From Bacillota bacterium (GTDB taxonomy: Bacteria; Bacillota; Clostridia; Christensenellales; SZUA-584), in the NCBI GenBank assembly GCA_023459495.1, contig JAEWTL010000118.1, forward strand, positions 45,949 through 109,948: a stretch of 64,000 nucleotides of DNA, read 5' to 3'. The stretch's first letter is position 1, and each line of letters begins with the position of its first letter. The position numbers and the translations under genes are program-made. Positions 52,241 through 59,475 of this stretch are shown in pieces. The notes under the pieces are model-generated. The model was not told the origin of the DNA, did not search any database, and saw only the letters and a program-made list of their open reading frames with translations.

Positions 52241-53178
52241 ACCGCCACCGCCAGCTTCATCTCCATATGCTTCGCCATGCCCACAAGGCCATCATAGCTG
52301 GTGTTCTCATTGTCCATCGCATTAACATAGAGGTTCATGGCACCGCGCAGAGCCTGGGCGCTGCGCGCGATCCCCAGCAGCAGATCGATTGCCTTTTCAT
52401 CTTCCAACGCCGGAAACAGCAGCTGGATGTCCTCGCGCTTGATCTGCATATAGGTGTAGACCTTGCGCTGCCGGGTGCGGTTATTGATCTGCGCGAATTC
52501 AGCGCGCTTCTTACCGCCTGCATTGTTTACCGTGTCGCTGTTTCCGATCAGCGCGATCCCCAGCGTTTGGCCGAGCTCGTCAAAGTAGTCCGACAGCGCG
52601 CGCAGCGCTTCCAGCGTCTTGATGGGCAGATGTTGGGCCTCGTCGACGATGATCACCATTCCATCCCGGAGCTTGGCGGCAAGCCCGAGCCACATCTCGT
52701 CGTTGGTACGTTCTGTGACATTGAGCTTCGCGCAAAGCACTTTCAAAAGAGCTTTAACGGTCGTTATGCAGGGGTTTAATGCCACGTATACGGCATCGTT
52801 CGGGTGGTCGCGGAAGAACTTCTTGGCGGCCATAGTCTTTCCAATCCCCGCATCACCGCATGCGATGGCCAGCCCGCCCTTCAGCTGGCAGTTTCGAATC
52901 ACCTCATAGACCTTGGTGGATATCGATGTACCCACGTACCCGCTGCTGGTAAGCTCGTACCCAGGCGATGCGGCGGCAGCTTCCTTGGTTTCGAAATAGC
53001 TGATCAGCTTTGCGAATTTCGCATCCTCATCCCCTTTGTATACGCCGCGGCGCAATGGGGACATGGTCGACGATGGTATTCCTACGATTGCGCAGGCCTT
53101 GTTTTGGCTCCCAACGGTCTTTTCCAGCTCCGCGAACTTCGTCAGGGCCCATTGCTTTTGCATGCTTGTTAACTCCAT
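52237..53178 (-). CDS. MuB-like AAA+ transposition ATPase
   Basis: N-terminal HTH-like region, Walker A GDAGIGKT and Walker B MVIIVDEAQ. Start trimmed to ATG 53178 (GGAGGAGG RBS). Confidence 0.8.
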   Translation of the reverse strand: MELTSMQKQWALTKFAELEKTVGSQNKACAIVGIPSSTMSPLRRGVYKGDEDAKFAKLISYFETKEAAAASPGYELTSSGYVGTSISTKVYEVIRNCQLKGGLAIACGDAGIGKTMAAKKFFRDHPNDAVYVALNPCITTVKALLKVLCAKLNVTERTNDEMWLGLAAKLRDGMVIIVDEAQHLPIKTLEALRALSDYFDELGQTLGIALIGNSDTVNNAGGKKRAEFAQINNRTRQRKVYTYMQIKREDIQLLFPALEDEKAIDLLLGIARSAQALRGAMNLYVNAMDNENTSYDGLVGMAKHMEMKLAVAV

Positions 53179-53194
53179 ATGCAACCTCCTCCAT

Positions 53195-55162
53195 TTATTC
53201 CGAGCGGCGCTTCGCCGCATTACGGTTCATTTTGCTCATGTCGATCAGCACGCCCGTGGTGCCTTGACCGACAGCCTCCTGCATGGGCATCTCTTCGCCG
53301 GATGTTACCGGTACGATGACCTTGGGCTGCTGGATCAGCATACCTTCCTTGCCAGCGTGCGCCCGGCGCACAGCGAGGTCCAGCATGTCGATGCTGCGGG
53401 CGGCGGGTACCGCACCCTTCAGCGCGGCAAGCTCCGACTTCACAGCCTTGTGCACGCGGCGTACGGTCTCCTGTGCCACCTTGACGGCTTCCGGATTGTC
53501 ATTAAACAGAACCATCGTGTCTCGCGCCATGGGTACCGTTCCGATGTAGCGGTCCGTCTCTGCGTCGTAGATACGCACGCTGTATAGGTTCGCGGGGTTG
53601 TAGCGGACGTATATCTCGGTACCCTGCAGCCGCCATGTATCTTCGTCCCAGTAATAGAGCTTTTCGTCGCAGATCGTGATATGCACACCGTTTTGACCAA
53701 CCTTCTGCTTACGAGTGCTGCGCATCAGCATCAGGTTGAGATCATCCGCAGAGGCTTTGCGCTGCGCCTGAATATACTCATTCCAGATGTCGATCCGGCG
53801 CTTACCATGGTCCTTTTCTACCGCGCCGCCATAGCTCCCGACGTTAAATTGGCCGTCGATGAAGTCCGAGATCATAACGCGCAGCTCGCCGTCCAGCGGT
53901 ACCAGTCCTTGCTTGAGCGTATATTTCAGGCTCTCCGGACGCTCCATCACGTTTCCGCCGCAGAATGTCTCAAACAGCCTCGATATCGTTCCTTTAAAGG
54001 TGTTAAAAGTCCGTTCAATAGGCTTCGCCTTGGCATTACGCACCAGGGCGTTGCGCAACTCGATCCCCAGCCGGGTAAATATCGGCGGCGGATCGGATAC
54101 AAGGTCTTGGCTCTTCCGGCTCCTGTGGCCGCGCCCGGCAAGGTCGTGGGTGAGAAACTCGGAGCCGTTATCGAAGTAGACAACTTTCGGGATTCCAAAG
54201 CGTAGGATTGCGTGCCGTAATGCCAGAACGGTGGACTGGCTGCATGGATTGTCTGTCAAGTTCCATCCGACCATGACTCCGCTTCGGGCGTCGATGAACG
54301 CTGTCAGGCTCATGCGGTGCTCCACCTTGCTGCCATCATCCCGATAGGAGAAGATATCCAGCGTATGGTTGTCCGCCACCCAGTAATCGTTTGGAAAAAG
54401 CTCATCGTACATCCGGACGATATATGGCGCGCACCGGTCGGAAAATGCCTTGTTGCCCTGTCGACCCAATGTGACCACGGCAGCGGCGATCTTCTCCGCC
54501 TGGCGGCGGAAGGTACGCTCACCCGGAAGGTCTGGCACCAGTTCCGGCGAGAACTCGGAGATCCAGTATTGTGTCAGCTGATAGCATTGGCTAATCGAAA
54601 GCTGCCGTTCGTCCAGATATGCGGTCAAAAACCAATCCCAGGCTTCTTTCGGAATCCCGCATTGGCCACGGTTCCATCCGCCCCGGTGATCGATGAGGCC
54701 TTCGATGTCACCGGCTTTATATGCCGCCCATTTGCGGTAGAGGATATCTTCGCTTAGGGCGATGTCCTTATAGTGCAGTTTCATCATGCTGACAAACAAC
54801 GGATCCGCGTCAGTCTTTCGGTCATATTTAGCCCGGCAAGCCTGCCATTGTTCCAACACGTTTGTCCAAAAAGAGATCTGTTCACGTTCCGCTGCGCTGT
54901 ATTCATCGAAGCTCCGCGCCGGGCGCGCTGCCTTCGGCGCTTTTGGCGCTACAGGCAGCAGCGACTCGCCCTTTAGGTTGGAGTAGTACTTGCGCTGCAG
55001 CTCCTGCGGAAGCGAACTGGCCGGGACCATATACTGCTTGCGGTTGTTAGCCGGGTTTGAATGTTCCTGAGCATAAATAGCCCCGGTTTTGATCTGCTCC
55101 CGGATATATCGCTCGCTACAGTTCTTCAATTCGGCTACTTGTTTTACTGTCAATAGATCCAT
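53195..55162 (-). CDS. MuA-like DDE transposase
   Basis: N-terminal HTH (LTVKQVAELKNCSERYIREQI), an rve-like catalytic core (WVADNHTLD...YFDNGSEF) and a large Mu-transposase-type C-terminal domain. Confidence 0.9.
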   Translation of the reverse strand: MDLLTVKQVAELKNCSERYIREQIKTGAIYAQEHSNPANNRKQYMVPASSLPQELQRKYYSNLKGESLLPVAPKAPKAARPARSFDEYSAAEREQISFWTNVLEQWQACRAKYDRKTDADPLFVSMMKLHYKDIALSEDILYRKWAAYKAGDIEGLIDHRGGWNRGQCGIPKEAWDWFLTAYLDERQLSISQCYQLTQYWISEFSPELVPDLPGERTFRRQAEKIAAAVVTLGRQGNKAFSDRCAPYIVRMYDELFPNDYWVADNHTLDIFSYRDDGSKVEHRMSLTAFIDARSGVMVGWNLTDNPCSQSTVLALRHAILRFGIPKVVYFDNGSEFLTHDLAGRGHRSRKSQDLVSDPPPIFTRLGIELRNALVRNAKAKPIERTFNTFKGTISRLFETFCGGNVMERPESLKYTLKQGLVPLDGELRVMISDFIDGQFNVGSYGGAVEKDHGKRRIDIWNEYIQAQRKASADDLNLMLMRSTRKQKVGQNGVHITICDEKLYYWDEDTWRLQGTEIYVRYNPANLYSVRIYDAETDRYIGTVPMARDTMVLFNDNPEAVKVAQETVRRVHKAVKSELAALKGAVPAARSIDMLDLAVRRAHAGKEGMLIQQPKVIVPVTSGEEMPMQEAVGQGTTGVLIDMSKMNRNAAKRRSE

Positions 55163-55168
55163 GTCATA

Positions 55169-55229
55169 CCTGCCTCATCAGTACCGGGAGGTTATCCCCG
55201 GCAGACCGCCCGCAGGCGGTTTCGGCTTA
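55169..55229 (-). ncRNA. Type-II hammerhead ribozyme motif, copy 1
   Basis: Minus strand: UAA-GCC-GAAA-CCGCC-UGCG-GGCGG-UC|UGCCGGGG-AUAACC-UCCCGGUA-CUGAUGA-GGCAGG. CUGAUGA, GAAA, the A15.1-U16.1 pair and the GUC cleavage triplet are all present. Predicted cleavage is between 55204 and 55203. In cis, stem II is only GGC/GCC, possibly plus UAU/AUA. Confidence 0.7.
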
Positions 55230-55412
55230 TTCTTCGATTCTCCCATCCACCGTATAGCGGTGCGGGTCAGATACAGTCAAATGCTCGCCGCATACTAAAC
55301 AATCAAAGTCCCGTGTCTTAAATCCTTGATTGTGAGCTGGGAATATGACCTCTACGCGATTTTTAGCTCCACATTTCGGACATGTTGTTTCGATCTTGCC
55401 TGTCATATCCAT
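55227..55412 (-). CDS. Small zinc-ribbon protein (61 aa) bracketed by the two hammerhead motifs
   Basis: CPKCG...CLVCG, with an AGGAGGG RBS. Confidence 0.6.
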   Translation of the reverse strand: MDMTGKIETTCPKCGAKNRVEVIFPAHNQGFKTRDFDCLVCGEHLTVSDPHRYTVDGRIEE

Positions 55413-55436
55413 CGAAAACCCTCCTAAACATAATTT

Positions 55437-55507
55437 GAAACCTGCCTCATCAGTGCCGGTAGGTCGTCCCCGGCAGACCGCCCGCGGGCGGTTTCGGCTA
55501 CTGTTTC
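55437..55507 (-). ncRNA. Type-II hammerhead ribozyme motif, copy 2
   Basis: Minus strand: GAAAC-AGUA-GCC-GAAA-CCGCC-CGCG-GGCGG-UC|UGCCGG-GGACGACCUA-CCGGCA-CUGAUGA-GGC-AG-GUUUC. Stem II is GGC/GCC plus GUUUC/GAAAC. Predicted cleavage is between 55476 and 55475. Confidence 0.8.
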
Positions 55508-55677
55508 CGATATCTTCTGGCGAATCTTTCAGCCTTTAGATCGTCTATGATATCCGCGGCTTCCCGGCATGTAAGTTCATTGGCCTCTTTTTCTGTATAG
55601 TCCGCCAGATCCACTTGAAGCTGATCGATCAGTTCCTGCATATAGCTCTTCTGGCCGTCGGTGATCATAAATGACAT
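55498..55677 (-). CDS. Hypothetical small acidic protein (59 aa)
   Basis: Start trimmed to ATG 55677 (AAAGGAAG RBS). The longer ORF-track N-terminus lacks an RBS. Confidence 0.45.
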   Translation of the reverse strand: MSFMITDGQKSYMQELIDQLQVDLADYTEKEANELTCREAADIIDDLKAERFARRYRKQ

Positions 55678-55727
55678 TGCAATCTTCCTTTCTACTCTCA
55701 ACTGCGGTTCCGGCTTATCTGTTCTTG

Positions 55728-55736
55728 TGTTATACT
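55728..55736 (+). promoter_or_regulatory. Extended -10 promoter for plus-strand ORF 55759
   Basis: TGtTATACT with a weak -35 (TTCCGG) 17 nt upstream. Confidence 0.35.
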
Positions 55737-55758
55737 CATAAAAAAAGGGGTATAGCAC

Positions 55759-56028
55759 ATGCTGATTGATGGAATCGATATTATTAAAGAGGCTAACGAA
55801 TTCGCGAGCATCATGCTGAGAGAAGCTATAAAAGATAAGCCGCTTTCAATTGACCTCTACAAGCTTTTAAAATCTCCTGCCGTTTTAAGCTCTGAATATG
55901 GTAAGCGTATAGTAGACAACATTGTCCTTGGTGCTATAGCGGCCTACCATGCCCAGTTGAGAGAAAAACTACTCGAATTAGGCATTGATATCGGGGAGAT
56001 GACTTTTAATGGGTCACCCGCAGAATAG
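55759..56028 (+). CDS. Hypothetical AT-rich plus-strand ORF in the early region
   Basis: 89 aa. No competing minus-strand ORF across 55678-56005. Composition is clearly more AT-rich than its neighbours. Confidence 0.45.
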   Translation: MLIDGIDIIKEANEFASIMLREAIKDKPLSIDLYKLLKSPAVLSSEYGKRIVDNIVLGAIAAYHAQLREKLLELGIDIGEMTFNGSPAE

Positions 56029-56527
56029 CGAATACCCCCTTTACCGTCTCTGTTTTTTCGGTATATTCTAGCGTTGTTCTGCACCTAGCTTTATCGCTCA
56101 TCCGCTCCATGTCGATCATCACGCCGGACGCCGTTCCTTCCGGATCCATAACAGGGATGATCATTCTAACCTGACTCCGCTTGAACCACCGGAAGCAGCG
56201 CTCGGCAAAGCATCGTTCCGCGCTGATCGCTTCCTTAAAAAACTCTGCCACCTGATACCCGCCCTCATGATTCAAGCTTAAGACCACATAGGACATTTGA
56301 TTTTCGAGGTTGTGTGCCAGCACGTACTCGTTCATGTAAACAGCCAGCACCTCATAACCGTCAGGGAGTACCTGCCCCACAACAGGGTAGGCACGGCCTT
56401 CCGGCGTTGTGTTCAGCAACGGGCCAACCTTCGCACCGCAGACCGGGCATGTCCACTCCTTTTCTGCCGCTGCGGAAAGCATTGCTTCACCGCATATCGG
56501 GCATACACGTTTCACCATCCAAAGCAC
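56006..56527 (-). CDS. Hypothetical protein with an N-terminal zinc ribbon
   Basis: CPICGEAM...CPVCGAKV. Confidence 0.55.
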   Translation of the reverse strand: MLWMVKRVCPICGEAMLSAAAEKEWTCPVCGAKVGPLLNTTPEGRAYPVVGQVLPDGYEVLAVYMNEYVLAHNLENQMSYVVLSLNHEGGYQVAEFFKEAISAERCFAERCFRWFKRSQVRMIIPVMDPEGTASGVMIDMERMSDKARCRTTLEYTEKTETVKGVFAILRVTH

Positions 56528-56568
56528 CTCCTTCGTTTATTGCACAGCAGCCTGGCTGTGATAATCCT

Positions 56569-56961
56569 TTAAGGTTTTAACAATTGGCCAAGTAACAATG
56601 TAAGCCATACGGATATGCCTCCCGCCACAAATGGAATAATATACTCCCATGGGAGGCTGCACTTTTTTGAAGGCTGTTTTATCTCACGCCCGCATTTCGG
56701 GCAAAAACACCTAAGCTTGGGTAAACCCATAACTTTAGATGATATGAAGCCGCATTCGCACTCAATTGTCTTTATTTCCAATGCTTTGGGATCATCTTTC
56801 CCTTGCTTTGAGACACGGTACTCGTGATCCTCAGCCGCGTCGTCTGTAGAAATAATGAATCCTAAGAGTTGCGCCTCATCTTTATTAAGTCGTTTTCTTT
56901 TTATGATCATTCTGGCCTCACAAAGCGCTTCATACGTCCGCGTTGTCATAGTAATTGCCAC
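56569..56961 (-). CDS. Hypothetical protein with a zinc ribbon and a C-terminal TM helix
   Basis: CECG...CFCPKCG, then IIPFVAGGISVWLTLLLGQLL. Confidence 0.55.
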   Translation of the reverse strand: MAITMTTRTYEALCEARMIIKRKRLNKDEAQLLGFIISTDDAAEDHEYRVSKQGKDDPKALEIKTIECECGFISSKVMGLPKLRCFCPKCGREIKQPSKKCSLPWEYIIPFVAGGISVWLTLLLGQLLKP

Positions 56962-56967
56962 AGGTTC

Positions 56968-57171
56968 TCACCTCCTTTTAAATAGATCATCAATTGTTGT
57001 ATCCAGTAGGCATGCTAGCTCTGGAAGCAAATCAGTCCGGGGCATTGATCTACCCGTCTCCCACATAGCAACAGTTGACTGAGCGACGCGCAGCTTTTCT
57101 CCGAGCTGCACTTGCGTAAGCCTCTTTTTTTTACGATATTCTTTTATCTGATTCATTTTATTAAGACCCAT
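56968..57171 (-). CDS. Cro/Ner-like XRE-family HTH regulator
   Basis: KKKRLTQVQLGEKLRVAQSTVAMWETG. First gene of the early operon, divergent from the repressor gene. Confidence 0.8.
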   Translation of the reverse strand: MGLNKMNQIKEYRKKKRLTQVQLGEKLRVAQSTVAMWETGRSMPRTDLLPELACLLDTTIDDLFKRR

Positions 57172-57203
57172 ATGATCACCTCTGGTACGAAATATCGCCT
57201 ACG

Positions 57204-57300
57204 TTGATATTATATATCTACCACATTGATAATTCAATATATATATCAATATTTTATCAAAATTATATTAATCTTATTGATATTATCATTTATATTGATA
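57204..57300. promoter_or_regulatory. Operator/divergent promoter region with six TTGATA/TATCAA repeats
   Basis: TTGATA at 57204, 57226, 57277 and 57295. TATCAA at 57244 and 57255. The candidate repressor promoter is TTGATA (57277-82) - 16 nt - TGaTATATT (57296-57304). Confidence 0.55.
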
Positions 57301-57336
57301 TATTATGAGGAAAAGGGCGATCGGTAGGCGGTAATT

Positions 57337-57930
57337 ATGAGTAAATTAAAAGAACTTCGTAAACAAAAAAGGCTCACCCAAAGCGAAGTGGCTAGTTATC
57401 TGGGTATATCTCAAAACACATACTCTTACTGGGAGAATGATAAGGTGAAAATAGACAATCAGTCTTTAATAAGATTGTCTAAATTATATAATACATCCGT
57501 TGACTATATTCTTGGTAATAATTCAAAAACTCCCAAAGGTATACAAATACCCGTCTTGGGTAGAATCCAAGCCGGTATACCCATAGAGGCTATACAAGAA
57601 ATACTTGATTATGAAGAGATACCACTCGATTTAGCAAAACAAGGAGATTTTTTAGCGCTACAAATTAAAGGGAATAGTATGGAGCCGAAATTTTCTGAAG
57701 GTGATACGGTTATAGTAAGAAAGCAAGATGATATCGAGAACGGTGAGGTAGGCGTAGTTATAATCAACGGATCTGACGCTACAATAAAGCGTGTTTTTAA
57801 ACATAATGATGGCCTGTCATTGGTGGCTACTAATACTGCCTATTCACCAATGTTTTTTACAAAAGATGAAATTTTATCTCTACCTGTTTCTATCATTGGT
57901 AAAGTCGTAGAATTAAGAGCAAAATTTTAA
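57337..57930 (+). CDS. Phage repressor, XRE HTH plus S24 (LexA/cI-type) autopeptidase domain
   Basis: HTH RLTQSEVASYLGISQNTYSYWEN. S24 catalytic pattern GNSMEP ... ATIKRV. Confidence 0.9.
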   Translation: MSKLKELRKQKRLTQSEVASYLGISQNTYSYWENDKVKIDNQSLIRLSKLYNTSVDYILGNNSKTPKGIQIPVLGRIQAGIPIEAIQEILDYEEIPLDLAKQGDFLALQIKGNSMEPKFSEGDTVIVRKQDDIENGEVGVVIINGSDATIKRVFKHNDGLSLVATNTAYSPMFFTKDEILSLPVSIIGKVVELRAKF

Positions 57931-57976
57931 AACAAAAATATACTCTTTTATATCGAAAAAGCAGGTTGGTCTATAT

Positions 57977-58534
57977 TCATTTTTCTTGGTTAATATATCT
58001 ATAAAGCGTTGTCTGTGATACTCCAGACAGGCGGCAAACCTCGCTGACTGAGTGATCCCCTGAACGGTAGAGCTTCAGTGCGGTATCAATTGCGCGCGGA
58101 TTCGTGCGTGGACGCCCGCCGATCCGGCCACGGGCACGGGCGCTCTTTAGCCCCTCGTTTACTCGCTGCACAATGAGATCTCGCTCAAACTCCGCAAAGG
58201 ACTGAAATACCTTCATCATAAGGCGTCCCTGTGGCGTGCCGGTATCGAAGTTTTCCTTGATGGATACCAGTATCACGCCTCGAGAGATAAACCATTCTAC
58301 CAAATCCAAAAGGTCCCGCATGGAACGCCCTAATCGCGACCATGACTCCACAACGACCGTATCGCCTTCCCGCACTTTATCCTTAAGCCGGTTCAGCTCC
58401 GGACGGATCGGCTTCGTGCCCGTATACTTTTCCGTCAGTATCTCATCACAAGGATAGGCGGACAGCTCATCAATTTGCCGGTCGTTGTTCTGGCCCGTGG
58501 TGCTTACACGCGCATAACCATATACCTTATTCAT
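57977..58534 (-). CDS. Small serine recombinase (resolvase/invertase family)
   Basis: YGYARVSTTGQNNDRQ catalytic N-terminus and a C-terminal HTH (SVSEVCRLSGVSQTTLYRYI). Start trimmed to ATG 58534 (GGAGGTG RBS). Confidence 0.9.
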   Translation of the reverse strand: MNKVYGYARVSTTGQNNDRQIDELSAYPCDEILTEKYTGTKPIRPELNRLKDKVREGDTVVVESWSRLGRSMRDLLDLVEWFISRGVILVSIKENFDTGTPQGRLMMKVFQSFAEFERDLIVQRVNEGLKSARARGRIGGRPRTNPRAIDTALKLYRSGDHSVSEVCRLSGVSQTTLYRYINQEK

Positions 58535-58740
58535 ATCGTTCACCTCCAAAACCACTTTATCATTAACATAACTTATTGGCAATAATGATTTTGGTGATAT
58601 TTTTGGTAACGATTTTAAGCCATTTTCGGGGCCTTTTTTGAGCTCTAAAAATCTTACCTTTAACTTTAGTTTTTGGTAATCACTTTTGGCTAAAACATTA
58701 GCATCAAAATTGCCTTTAGAATACCGATTAAAACAGCGTC

Positions 58741-58788
58741 ACGGAACCAAGTTCCGCGCGATTCGTGTTTTTGTTCCGCGAGTTCCGC
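58741..58788. repeat. Cluster of GTTCCGCG repeats (candidate recombinase or transposase-accessory site)
   Basis: Inverted pair CGGAAC-CAA-GTTCCG (58741-58755), plus direct GTTCCGCG at 58772-58779 and 58781-58788. Confidence 0.5.
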
Positions 58789-59040
58789 GAGAATTTGAGC
58801 CGCAGGTACCGTTAAATAAAATCATGGCTGCGGACACTGTTTTAATGATTTTAACGCTATAGAATAGGCTTTTCGGCTGTTTTAAAATAGTTCTATAATG
58901 GCTTTTAACATAAAAGTGAAAACGGCCTCTGATCCCTGGGCTCCAGGGCAGATTCGCCGTTTTTCGTTTGACAACACTGTTCCAATGCCTCGCGCAATTT
59001 TGCACATCCGCCACGCCTGAATCACGCCTTTTGAACGGCT

Positions 59041-59078
59041 TTTTTTCGGTTTTTCAGGTTTTTCACGCCTTTTTTCGG
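59041..59078. repeat. Prophage left-arm internal transposase-binding-like repeats
   Basis: Four tandem TTTTTC(N)G units (complement CGAAAAA-like), 138-175 bp from the inferred terminus. This is similar to the spacing of Mu L2/L3. Confidence 0.5.
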
Positions 59079-59160
59079 TTCATTGCTCTCATTCTGGTTT
59101 TGCTTGTCAAACTACATCTTTCCTGCATGTCTCTATTTTCCGCAATCAACAGAAAACCAT

Positions 59161-59216
59161 CCGCAAATCGCAAAAACATCTAGCCACATATGTATCTGCG
59201 TTTTTGCGGCGTTTCA
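59161..59216. repeat. Prophage left terminus
   Basis: Reading inward from 59216: TGAAACGCCGCAAAAACGCAGA. An inverted CGCAAAAAC copy lies at 59169-59177. Related to the right-end sequence TGCCGCGCAAAACGCGAAAAA. Confidence 0.6.
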
Positions 59217-59366
59217 GTCTTCGTAATCGTCCAGACTGCATTCCCGCGATCCGCAGTTCGGGCACTCTACAGCGTCCGGGACATCGTCCGGATCATGGGC
59301 GTAGTCAGGTTCAAAGTTTTCCACGGAAAACGTGTATCCGCAGTCCTCACATAGATATCGATCCAT
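59214..59366 (-). CDS. Small zinc-ribbon protein (50 aa); its stop codon overlaps the prophage terminus
   Basis: Translated by hand as MDRYLCEDCGYTF...VECPNCGSRECSLDDYED, with an AAGGAGG RBS. The TGA stop is the TGA of the terminal TGAAAC. Confidence 0.5.
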   Translation of the reverse strand: MDRYLCEDCGYTFSVENFEPDYAHDPDDVPDAVECPNCGSRECSLDDYED

Positions 59367-59475
59367 TGTGCAGCCTCCTTATATATTTTGACCGTTTCAA
59401 TTCATACGGCCTGATAAAACTGGTTTATCGTTTATTTAATTATATCACAATTTCGCTGATTTTGCACGCGCGGGG

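Larger units (their letters stand above)
21215..59216 (-). mobile_element. Mu-like transposable siphovirus prophage (~38 kb)
   Basis: The gene set runs contiguously from the repressor to the endolysin and includes MuA-like, MuB-like, Gam, GemA, Mor, gp27-like and Mu-F-like genes. Both ends carry inverted CGCAAAAA-type repeats. The high-coordinate end reads TGAAACGCCGCAAAAACGC inward, which resembles the Mu right end. The exact low-coordinate end is uncertain by about 10 bp. Confidence 0.8.

Noticed and set aside
58583-59200. ORFs 58739-59014 (-), 58968-59183 (+) and 59204-59506 (+) in the prophage left arm and junction
   Set aside because: Their translations are low-complexity, they have no RBS, and they lie over repeat-rich terminal DNA or antisense to the better-supported small zinc-ribbon ORF.
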